Shown: positions 15,234 through 27,200 of the stretch, in pieces
Position numbering within the stretch: position 1 is the first letter of the stretch
Layout of the letters: the number at the start of each line of letters is the position of its first letter
From: Eledone cirrhosa
Taxonomy: Eukaryota
Length of the DNA stretch: 64,000 nt
Reading direction: 5' to 3'
Assembly (NCBI GenBank): GCA_964016885.1
Contig: CAXHJY010000105.1
Span: forward strand, 620,001-684,000
Program-made: the position numbers and the translations under genes
The notes under the pieces: model-generated
Told to the model about the DNA's origin: nothing
Databases searched by the model: none
The model's input: the letters and a program-made list of their open reading frames with translations, nothing else

Positions 15234-18200
15234 CTGAAATAAAGAGATAACATAGGTTAGTGTGGGGCAGGGAGTTGTTGGGCTGAAATAAAGAGATAAC
15301 ATAGGTTAGTGTGGGGCGGGGAGTTGTTGGGGAGAGAGAGATGACATAGGTTAGTGTGGGGCGGGGAGTTGTTGGACTGAAATAAAGAGATAACATAGGT
15401 TAGGGTGGGAGGAGTTGTTGGGGAGAGAGATAACATAGGTTAGTGTGGGGGGAGTTGTTGGGGAGAGAGAGATTACATAGGTTAGTGTGGGGGGAGTTGT
15501 TGGGGAGAGAGAGATTACATAAGTTAGTGTGGGAGGAGTTGTTGGGGAGAGAGATGACATAGGTTAGTGTGGGGGGAGTTGTTGGGGAGAGAGAGATTAC
15601 ATAGGTTAGTGTGGGGGGAGTTGTTGGGGAGAGAGAGATTACATAAGTTAGTGTGGGAGGAGTTGTTGGGGAGAGAGAGATTACATAGGTTAGTGTGGGG
15701 GGAGTTGTTGGGGAGAGAGATAACATAGATTAGTGTGGGGGGAGTTGTTGGGGGGAGAGATAACATAGGTTAGTGTGGGGGGAGTTGTTGGGGAGAGAGA
15801 GATAACATAGGTTAGTGTAAGGGGAGTTGTGAAGAGAGAGATAACATAGGTCAGTGTGGGGGGAGTTGTTGGGGAGAGAGAGATAACATAGGTCAGTGTG
15901 GGAGGAGTTGTTGGGGGGAGAGAGATAACATAGGTTAGTGTGGGGGGAGTTGTTGGGGAGAGAGAGATAACATAGGTTAGTGTGGGGGGAGTTGTTGGGG
16001 AGAGATAACATAGGTTAGTGTGGGGGGAGTTGTTGGGAAGAGAGAGATGACATAGGTTAGTGTGGGGGGAGTTGTTGGGGAGAGAGAGATAACATAGGTT
16101 AGTGTGGGGGGAGTTGTTGGGGAGAGAGATAACATAGTTTAGTGTGGGGGGAGTTGTTGGGGAGAGAGAGATAACAGAGTTCAGTGTGGGGGGAGTTGTT
16201 GAGGAGAGAGAGATAACATAGGTTAGTGTGGGGGGAGAGAGAGATAACATAGTTTAGTGTGGGGGGAGTTGTTGGGGAGAGAGAGATAACAGAGGTCAGT
16301 GTGGGGGGAGTTGTTGGGGAGAGAGATAACATAGGTTAGTGTGGGGGGAGTTGTTGGGGAGAGAGAGATAACATAGCTTAGTGTGGGGGGAGTTGTTGGG
16401 GGAGAGAGAGATGACATAGGTTAGTGTGGGGGGAGTTGTTGGGGAGAGAGAGATGACATAGGTTAGTGTGGGGGGAGTGGTTGGGAGGAGAGAGATAACA
16501 TAGGTTAGTGTGAGGGGAGTTGTTGGGAAGAGAGAGATAACATAGGTTAGTGTAAGGAGAGTTGTTGGGGAGAGAGAGATAACATAGGTTAGTGTGGGGG
16601 GAGTTGTTGGGGAGAGAGAGATAACAGAGGTCAGTATGAGGGGAGTTGTTGGGGAGAGAGAGATAACATAGCTTAGTGTGGGGGGAGTTGTTAGGGAGAG
16701 AGAGATGACATAGGTTAGTGTGGGGGGAGTTGTTGGGGAGAGAGAGATAAAATAGTTTATTAGTGTGGGGGGAGTGAGATGACATAGGTTAGTGTTGGGG
16801 GAGTTGTTGGGGAGAGAGAGATAACATAGGTTAGTGTGGGGGGAGTTGTTGGGGAGAGAGAGATAACATAGGTTAGTGTGGGGGGACTTGTTGGGGAGAG
16901 AGAGATAACATAGGTTAGTGTGGGGGGAGTTGTTGGGGAGAGAGAGATAACATAGGTTAGTGTAGGGGTAGTTGTTGGGGAGTGAGAGATAACATAGGTT
17001 AGTGTGGGGGTAGTTGTTGGGGAGAGAGTAAACATAGGTCAGTGTGGGGGGAGTTGTTGGGGAGAGAGAGATAACATAGGTTAGTGTGGGGGGAGTTGGG
17101 AAGAGAGAGATAACATAGGTTAGTGTGGGGGGAGTTGTTGGGGAGAGAGAGATAACATAGGTCAGTGTGGGGGGAGTTGTTGGGGAGAGAGATAACATAG
17201 GTTAGTGTGGGGGGAGTTGTTGGGGAGAGAGAGATAACATAGGTTAGTGTGGGGGGAGTTGTTGGGGAGAGAGAGAACATAGGTCAGTGTAGGGGGAGTT
17301 GTTGGGGGGAGAGAGATAACATAGGTTAGTGTGGGGGGAGTTGTTGGGGAGATAGAGATAACATAGGTTAGTGTGGGGGGAGTTGTTGGGGAGAGAGAGA
17401 TAACATAGGTTAGTGTGGGGGGAGTTGTTGGGGAGAGAGAGATAACATAGGTTAGTGTGGGGGGAGTTGTTGGGGAGAGAGAGATAACATAGGTTAGTGT
17501 GGGGGGAGGTGGGAAGAGAGAGATAACATAGGTTAGTATGGGGGGAGTTGTTGGGGAGAGAGAGATAACATAGGTTAGTGTGGGGGGAGTTGTTGGGAAG
17601 AGAGAGATGACATAGGTTAGTGTGGGGGGAATTGTTGGGGAGAGAGAGATAACATAGGTTAGTGTGGGGGGAGTTTTTGGGGAGAGAGAGATAACATAGG
17701 TTAGTGTGGGGGGAGTTGTTGGGGAGAGAGAGATAACACAGGTTAGTGTTGGGGGAGTTGTTGGGGAGAGAGAGATAACATAGGTTAGTGTTGGGGGAGT
17801 TGTTGGGGAGAGAGAGATGATATAGGTTAGTGTGGGGGGAGTTGTTGGGGAGAGAGAGATAACATAGGTTAGTGTGGGGGGAGTTGTTGGGGTGGGAGAG
17901 ATAACATAGGTTAGTGTGGGGGGAGTTGTTGGGGAGAGAGAGATAACATAGGTTAGTGTGGGGGAGTTGTTGGGGAGAGAGAAATAACATAGGTTAGTGT
18001 GGGGGGAGTTGTTGGGGAGAGAGAGATAACATAGGTTAGTGTTGGGGGAGTTGTTGGGGAGAGAGAGATGATATAGGTTAGTGTGGGGGGAGTTGTTGGG
18101 GAGAGAGAGATAACATAGGTTAGTGTGGGGGGAGTTGTTGGGGTGGGAGAGATAACATAGGTTAGTGTGGGGGGAGTTGTTGGGGAGAGAGAGATAACAT

Positions 18201-21200
18201 AGGTTAGTGTGGGGGAGTTGTTGGGGAGAGAGAAATAACATAGGTTAGTGTGGGGGGAGTTGTTGGGGAGAGAGAGATAACATAGGTCAGTGCGGGGGGA
18301 GTTGTTGGGGAGAGAGAGATTACATAAGTTAGTGTGGGAGGAGTTGTTGGGGAGAGAGATGACATAGGTTAGTGTGGGGGGAGTTGTTGGGGAGAGAGAG
18401 ATTACATAAGTTAATGTGGGAGGAGTTGTTGGGGAGAGAGAGATTACATAGGTTAGTGTGGGGGGAGTTGTTGGGGAGAGAGATAACATAGGTTGGTGTG
18501 GGGGGAGTTGTTGGGGAGAGAGATAACATAGGTTAGTGTGGGGGGAGTTGTTGGGGAGAGAGAGAAAACATAGGTTAGTGTAAGGGGAATTGTGAAGAGA
18601 GAGATAACATAGGTCAGTGTGGGGGGAGTTGTTGGGGAGAGAGAGATAACATAGGTCAGTGTGGGAGGAGTTGTTGGGGGGAGAGAGATAACATAGGTTA
18701 GTGTGGGGGGAGTTGTTGGGGAGAGAGAGATAACATAGGTTAGTGTGGGGGGAGTTGTTGGGGAGAGATAACATAGGTTAGTGTGGGGGGAGTTGTTGGG
18801 AAGAGAGAGATGACATAGGTTAGTGTGGGGGGAGTTGTTGGGGCGAGAGAGATAACATAGGTTAGTGTGGGGGGAGTTGTTGGGAAGAGAGAGATAACAT
18901 AGTTTAGTGTGGGGGGAGTTGTTGGGGAGAGAGAGATAACAAAGTTCAGTGTAGGGGGAGTTGTTGAGAGAGAGATAACATAGGTTAGTGTGGGGGGAGT
19001 TGTTGGGGAGAGAGAGATAACATAGCTTAGTGTGGGGGGAGTTGTTGGGAAGAGAGAGATGAGATAGGTTAGTGTGGGGGGAGTTGTTGGGGAGAGAGAG
19101 ATAACATAGGTTAGTGTTGGGGGAGTTGTTGGGGAGAGAGAGATAACATAGGTTAGTGTGGTGGGAGTTGTTGGGGAGAGAGAGATAACATAGGTTAGTG
19201 TTGGGGGAGTTGTTGGGGAGAGAGAGATAACATAGGTTAGTGTGGGGAGAGTTGTTGTGAAGAGAGAGATAACATAGGTCAGTGTGGGGGAGTTGTTGGG
19301 GAGAGAGAGATAACATAGGTTAGTGTGGGGGGAGTTGTTGGGGAGAGAGAGATAACATAGTTTAGTGTGGGGGGAGTTGTTGGGGAGAGAGAGATAACAG
19401 ACGTCAGTGTGGGGGGAGTTGTTGGGGAGAGAGATAACATAGGTTAGTGTGGGGGGAGTTGTTGGGGAGAGAGAGATAACATAGGTTAGAGTGGGGGGAG
19501 TTGTTGGGGGAGAGAGAGATGACATAGGTTAGTGTGGGGGGAGTTGTTGGGAAGAGAGAGATGACATAGGTTAGTGTGGGGGGAGTTGTTGGGAGGAGAG
19601 AGATAACATAGGTTAGTGTGAGGGGAGTTGTTGGGAAGAGAGAGATAACATAGGTTAGTGTAAGGAGAGTTGTTGGGGAGAGAGAGATAACATAGGTTAG
19701 TGTGGGGGGAGTTGTTGGGGAGAGAGAGATAACATAGGTTAGTGTGGGGGGAGTTGTTGGGGAGAGAGAGATAACATAGGTTAGTGTAGGGGTAGTTGTT
19801 GGGAAGAGAGAGATAACATAGGTTAGTGTGGGGGTAGTTGTTGGGGAGAGAGATAACATAGGTCAGTGTCGGGGGAGTTGTTGGGGAGAGAGAGATAACA
19901 TAGGTTAGTGTGGGGGGAGTTGGGAAGAGAGAGATAACATAGGTTAGTGTGGGGAGAGTTGTTGGGGAGAGAGAGAACATAGGTCAGTGTAGGGGGAGTT
20001 GTTGGGGGGAGAGAGATAACATAGGTTAGTGTGGGGGGAGTTGTTGGGGAGATAGAGATAACATAGGTTAGTGTGGGGGGAGTTGTTGGGGAGAGAGAGA
20101 TAACATAGGTTAGTGTGGGGGGAGTTGTTGGGGAGAGAGAGATAACATAGGTTAGTGTGGGGGGAGTTGTTGGGGAGAGAGAGATGACATAGGTTAAAGT
20201 GGGGGGAGGTGGGAAGAGAGAGATAACATAGGTTAGTATGGGGGGAGTTGTTGGGGAGAGAGAGATAACATAGGTTAGTGTGGGGGGAGTTGTTGGGAAG
20301 AGAGAGATGACATAGGTTAGTGTGGGGGGAATTGTTGGGGAGAGAGAGATAACATAGGTTAGTGTGGGGGGAGTTTTGGGGGAGAGAGAGATAACATAGG
20401 TTAGTGTGGGGGGAGTTGTTGGGGAGAGAGAGATAACACAGGTTAGTGTTGGGGGAGTTGTTGGGGAGAGAGAGATAATATAGGTTAGTGTGGGGGGAGT
20501 TGTTGGGGAGAGAGAGATAACATAGGTTAGTGTTGGGGGAGTTGTTGGGGAGAGAGAGATGATATAGGTTAGTGTGGGGGGAGTTGTTGGGGAGAGAGAG
20601 ATAACATAGGTTAATGTGGGGGGAGTTGTTGGGGAGAGAGAGATAACATAGGTTAGTGTGGGGGGAGTTGTTGGGGAGAGAGAGATAACATAGGTTAGTG
20701 TGGGGGAGTTGTTGGGGAGAGAGAAATAACATAGGTTAGTGTGGGGGGAGTTGTTGGGGAGAGAGAGATAACATAGGTCAGTGTGGGGGGAGTTGTTGGG
20801 GAGAGAGAGATAACATAGGTCAGTGTGGGGGGAGTTGTTGGGGAGAGAGAGATAACATAGGTTAGTGTGGGGGGAGTTGTTGGGGAGAGAGAGATAACAT
20901 AGGTTAGTGTGAAGGGAGTTGTGGGGAAGAGAGATAACAAAGGTTAGTGTGGGGGGAGTTGGGAAGAGAGAGATAACATAGGTTAGTGTGGGGGGAATTG
21001 TTGGGGAGAGAGAGATAACATAGGTTAGTGTGGGGGGAGTTGTTGGGGAGAGAGAGATAACATAGGTTAGTGTGGAGGGAGTTGTTGGGAAGAGAGAGAT
21101 AACATAGATTAGTGTGGGGGGAGTTGTTGGGGAGAGAGAGATAACATAGGTTAGTGTGGGGGGAGTTGTTATGGAGAGAGATAACATAGGTTAGTGTGGG

Positions 21201-24200
21201 GGAAGTTGTTGGGGAGACAGATAACATAGGTTAGTGTGGGGGGAGTTGTTGGGGAGAGAGAGATAACATAGGTTAGTGTGGGGGTAGTTGTTGGGGAGAG
21301 AGATAACATAGGTCAGTGTGGGGGGAGTTGTTGGGGAGAGAGATTACGTAGGTTAGTGTGGGGGAGTTGTTGGGGAGAGAGGGATTACATAGGTTAGTGT
21401 GGGGGGAGTTGTTGGGGAGAGAGATAACATAGGTTAGCATGGGGGAGTTGTTGGGGAGAGAGAGATAACATAGGTTAGTGTGGGGGGAGTTGTTGTGAAG
21501 AGAGAGATAACATAGGTCAGTGTGGGGGGAGTTGTTGGGTAGAGAGAGATAACATAGGTTAGTGTGGGGGGAGTTGTTGGGGAGAGAGAGATAACACAGG
21601 TTAGTTTGGGGGAGTTGTTGGGGAGAGATAACATAGGTTAGTGTTGGGGGAGTTGTTGGGGAGAGAGAGATAACATAGGTCAGTGTGGGGGGAGTTGTTG
21701 GGGAGAGAGAGATAACATAGGTTCGTGTGGGGGGAGTTGTTGGAGAGAGAGAGATAACATAGGTTAGTGTGGGGAGAGTTGTTGGGGAGAGAGAGATAAC
21801 ATAGGTTAGTGTGGGGGGAAGTGGGAAGAGAGAGATAACATAGCTTAGTATGGGGGAGTTGTTGGGGAGAGAGAGATAACATAGGTTAGTGTGGGGGGAG
21901 TTGTTGGGAAGAGATAGATGACATAGGTTAGTGTGGGGGGAATTGTTGGGGAAAGAGAGATATCATAGGTTAGTGTGGGCGAAGTTGTTGGGGAGACAGA
22001 GATAACATAGTTTCGTATGGGGGGAGTTGTTGGGGAGAGAGAGATAACATAGGTTAGTGTGGGGAGAGTTGTTGAGAAGAGAGAGATAACATAGGTTAGT
22101 GTGGGGGGAGTTGTTGGGGAGAGAGAGATAACATAGGTTAGTGTGGGCGGAGTTGTTGGGGAGAGAGAGAACATAGGTCAGTGTAGGGGGAGTTGTTGGG
22201 GGGAGAGAGATAACATAGGTTAGTGTGGGGGGAGTTGTTGGGGAGATAGAGATAACATAGGTTAGTGTGGGGGGAGTTGTTGGGGAGAGAGAGATAACAT
22301 AGGTTAGTGTGGGGGGAGTTGTTGGGGAGAGAGAGATAACATAGGTTAGTGTGGGGGGAGTTGTTGGGGAGAGAGATAACATAGGTTAGTGTGGGGGGAG
22401 GTGGGAAGAGAGAGATAACATAGGTTAGTATGGGGGGAGTTGTTGGGGAGAGAGAGATAACATAGGTTAGTGTGGGGGGAGTTGTTGGGAAGAGAGAGAT
22501 GACATAGGTTAGTGTGGGGGGAATTGTTGGGGAGAGAGAGATAACATAGGTTAGTGTTGGGGGAGTTGTTGGGGAGAGAGAGATAATATAGGTTAGTGTG
22601 GGGGGTGTTGTTGGGGAGAGAGAGATAACATAGGTTAGTGTGGGGCAGGGAGTTGTTGGGCTGAAATAAAGAGATAACATAGGTTAGTGTGGGGCGGGGA
22701 GTTGTTGGGGAGAGAGATGACATAGGTTAGTGTGGGGCGGGGAGTTGTTGGACTGAAATAAAGAGATAACATAGGTTAGGGTGGGGGGAGTTGTTGGGGA
22801 GAGAGATAACATAGGTTAGTGTGGGGGGAGTTGTTGGGGAGAGAGAGATTACATAGGTTAGTGTGGGGGGAGTTGTTGGGGAGAGAGAGATTACATAAGT
22901 TAGTGTGGGAGGAGTTGTTGGGGAGAGAGATGACATAGGTTAGTGTGGGGGGAGTTGTTGGGGAGAGAGAGATTACATAGGTTAGTGTGGGGGGAGTTGT
23001 TGGGGAGAGAGATAACATAGATTAGTGTGGGGGGAGTTGTTGGGGAGAGAGATAACATAGGTTAGTGTGGGGGGAGTTGTTGGGTAGAGAGAGATAACAT
23101 AGGTTAGTGTAAGGGGAGTTGTGAAGAGAGAGATAACATAGGTCAGTGTGGGGGGAGTTGTTGGGGAGAGAGAGATAACATAGGTCAGTGTGGGAGGAGT
23201 TGTTGGGGGGAGAGAGATAACATAGGTTAGTGTGGGGGGAGTTGTTGGGGAGAGAGAGATAACATAGGTTAGTGTGGGGGGAGTTGTTGGGGAGAGATAA
23301 CATAGGTTAGTGTGGGGGGAGTTGTTGGGAAGAGAGAGATGACATAGGTTAGTGTGGGGGGAGTTGTTGGGGAGAGAGAGATAACATAGGTTAGTGTGGG
23401 GGGAGTTGTTGGGGAGAGAGAGATAACATAGTTTAGTGTGGGGGGAGTTGTTGGGGAGAGAGAGATAACAGAGTTCAGTGTGGGGGGAGTTGTTGAGGAG
23501 AGAGAGATAACATAGGTTAGTGTGGGGGGAGTTGTTGGGGAGAGAGAGATAACATAGGTTAGTGTGGGGGGAGTTGTTGGGAAGAGAGAGATGACATAGG
23601 TTAGTGTGGGGGGAGTTGTTGGGGAGAGAGAGATAACATAGGTTAGTGTTGGGGGAGAGAGAGATAACATAGGTTTGTGTGGGGGGAGTTGTTGGGGAGA
23701 GAGAGATAACATAGGTTAGTGTTGGGGGAGTTGTTGGGAAGAGAGAGATAACATAGGTTAGTGTGGGGAGAGTTGTTGTGAAGAGAGAGATAACATAGGT
23801 CAGTGTGGGGGAGTTGTTGGGGAGAGAGAGATAACATAGGTTAGTGTGGAGGGAGTTGTTGGGGAGAGAGAGATAACATAGTTTAGTGTGGGGGGAGTTG
23901 TTGGGGAGAGAGAGATAACAGAGGTCAGTGTGGGGGGAGTTGTTGGGGAGAGAGATAACATAGGTTAGTGTGGGGGGAGTTGTTGGGGAGAGAGAGATGA
24001 CATAGGTTAGTGTGGGGGGAGTTGTTGGGGAGAGAGAGATGACATAGGTTAGTGTGGGGGGAGTGGTTGGGAGGAGAGAGATAACATAGGTTAGTGTGAG
24101 GGGAGTTGTTGGGAAGAGAGAGATAACATAGGTTAGTGTAAGGAGAGTTGTTGGGGAGAGAGAGATAACATAGGTTAGTGTGGGGGGAGTTGTTGGGGAG

Positions 24201-27200
24201 AGAGAGATAACAGAGGTCAGTATGAGGGGAGTTGTTGGGGAGAGAGAGATAACATAGCTTAGTGTGGGGGGAGTTGTTAGGGAGAGAGAGATGACATAGG
24301 TTAGTGTGGGGGGAGTTGTTGGGGAGAGAGAGATAAAATAGTTTATTAGTGTGGGGGGAGTGAGATGACATAGGTTAGTGTTGGGGGAGTTGTTGGGGAG
24401 AGAGAGATAACATAGGTTAGTGTGGGGGGAGTTGTTGGGAAGAGAGAGATAACATAGGTTAGTGTGGGGGGACTTGTTGGGGAGAGAGAGATAACATAGG
24501 TTAGTGTGGGGGGAGTTGTTGGGGAGAGAGAGATAACATAGGTTAGTGTAGGGGTAGTTGTTGGGGAGTGAGAGATAACATAGGTTAGTGTGGGGGTAGT
24601 TGTTGGGGAGAGAGAGATAACATAGGTTATTGTGTGGGGAGTTGGGAAGAGAGTGATAACATAGGTTAGTGTGGGGGGAGTTGTTGGGGAGAGAGAGATA
24701 ACATAGGTCAGTGTGGGGGGAGTTGTTGGGGAGAGAGATAACATAGGTTAGTGTGGGGGGAGTTGTTGGGGAGAGAGAGATAACATAGGTTAGTGTGGGG
24801 GGAGTTGTTGGGGAGAGAGAGAACATAGGTCAGTGTAGGGGGAGTTGTTGGGGGGAGAGAGATAACATAGGTTAGTGTGGGGGGAGTTGTTAGGGAGATA
24901 GAGATAACATAGGTTAGTGTGGGGGGAGTTGTTGGGGAGAGAGAGATAACATAGGTTAGTGTGGGGGGAGTTGTTGGGGAGAGAGAGATGACATAGGTTA
25001 GTGTGGGGGGAGTTGTTGGGGAGAGAGAGATAACATAGGTTAGTGTGGGGGGAGGTGGGAAGAGAGAGATAACATAGGTTAGTATGGGGGGAGTTGTTGG
25101 GGAGAGAGAGATAACATAGGTTAGTGTGGGGGGAGTTGTTGGGAAGAGAGAGATGACATAGGTTAGTGTGGGGGGAATTGTTGGGGAGAGAGAGATAACA
25201 TAGGTTAGTGTGGGGGGAGTTTTTGGGGAGAGAGAGATAACATAGGTTAGTGTGGGGGGAGTTGTTGGGGAGAGAGAGATAACACAGGTTAGTGTTGGGG
25301 GAGTTGTTGGGGAGAGAGAGATAATATAGGTTAGTGTGGGGGGAGTTGTTGGGGAGAGAGAGATAACATAGGTTAGTGTTCGGGGAGTTGTTGGGGAGAG
25401 AGAGATGATATAGGTTAGTGTGGGGGGAGTTGTTGGGGAGAGAGAGATAACATAGGTTAGTGTGGGGGGAGTTGTTGGGGAGGGAGAGATAACATATGTT
25501 AGTGTGTGGGGAGTTGTTGGGGAGAGAGAGATAACATAGGTTAGTGTGGGGGAGTTGTTGGGGAGAGAGAAATAACATAGGTTAGTGTGGGGGGAGTTGT
25601 TGGGGAGAGAGAGATAACATAGGTTAGTGTGGGGGGAGTTGTTATGGAGAGAGATAACATAGGTTAGTGTGGGGGAAGTTGTTGGGGAGACAGATAACAT
25701 AGGTTAGTGTGGGGGGAGTTGTTGGGGAGAGAGAGATAACATAGGTTAGTCTGGGGGTAGTTGTTGGGGAGAGAGATAACATAGGTCAGTGTGGGGGGAG
25801 TTGTTGGGGAGAGAGAGATTACATAGGTTAGTGTGGGGGGAGTTGTTGGGGAGAGAGATAACATAGGTTAGCATGGGGGAGTTGTTGGGGAGAGAGAGAT
25901 AACATAGGTTAGTGTGGGGGGAGTTGTTGTGAAGAGAGAGATAACATAGGTCAGTGTGGGGGGAGTTGTTGGGTAGAGAGAGATAACATAGGTTAGTGTG
26001 GGGGGAGTTGTTGGGGAGAGAGAGATAACATAGGTTAGTGTGGGGGGAAGTGGGAAGAGAGAGATAACATAGCTTAGTATTGGGGGAGTTGTTGGGGAGA
26101 GAGAGATAACATAGGTTAGTGTGGGGGGAGTTGTTGGGAAGAGATAGATGACATAGGTTAGTGTGGGGGGAATTGTTGGGGAAAGAGAGATATCATAGGT
26201 TAGTGTGGGCGAAGTTGTTGGGGAGACAGAGATAACATAGTTTCGTATGGGGGGAGTTGTTGGGGAGAGAGAGATAACATAGGTTAGTGTGGGGAGAGTT
26301 GTTGAGAAGAGAGAGATAACATAGGTTAGTGTGGGGGGGAGTTGTTGGGGAGAGAGAGATAACATAGGTTAGTGTGGGCGGAGTTGTTGGGGAGAGAGAG
26401 AACATAGGTCAGTGTAGGGGGAGTTGTTGGGGGGAGAGAGATAACATAGGTTAGTGTGGGGGGAGTTGTTGGGGAGATAGAGATAACATAGGTTAGTGTG
26501 GGGGGAGTTGTTGGGGAGAGAGAGATAACGTAGGTTAGTGTGGGGGGAGTTGTTGGGGAGAGAGAGATAACATAGGTTAGTGTGGGGGGAGTTGTTGGGG
26601 AGAGAGAGATAACATAGGTTAGTGTGGGGGGAGTTGTTGGGGAGAGAGAGATAACATAGGTTAGTGTGGGGGGAGTTGTTGGGAAGAGAGAGATGACATA
26701 GGTTAGTGTGGGGGGAATTGTTGGGGAGAGAGAGATAACATAGGTTAGTGTTGGGGGAGTTGTTGGGGAGAGAGAGATAATATAGGTTAGTGTGGGGGGA
26801 GTTGTTGGGGAGAGAGATATAACATAGGTTAGTGTGGGGCAGGGAGTTGTTGGGCTGAAATAAAGAGATAACATAGGTTAGTGTGGGGCGGGGAGTTGTT
26901 GGGGAGAGAGAGATGACATAGGTTAGTGTGGGGCGGGGAGTTGTTGGACTGAAATAAAGAGATAACATAGGTTAGGGTGGGGGGAGTTGTTGGGGAGAGA
27001 GATAACATAGGTTAGTGTGGGGGGAGAGAGAGATTACATAGGTTAGTGTGGGGGGAGTTGTTGGGGAGAGAGAGATTACATAAGTTAGTGTGGGAGGAGT
27101 TGTTGGGGAGAGAGATGACATAGGTTAGTGTGGGGGGAGTTGTTGGGGAGAGAGAGATTACATAGGTTAGTGTGGGGGGAGTTGTTGGGGAGAGAGAGAT

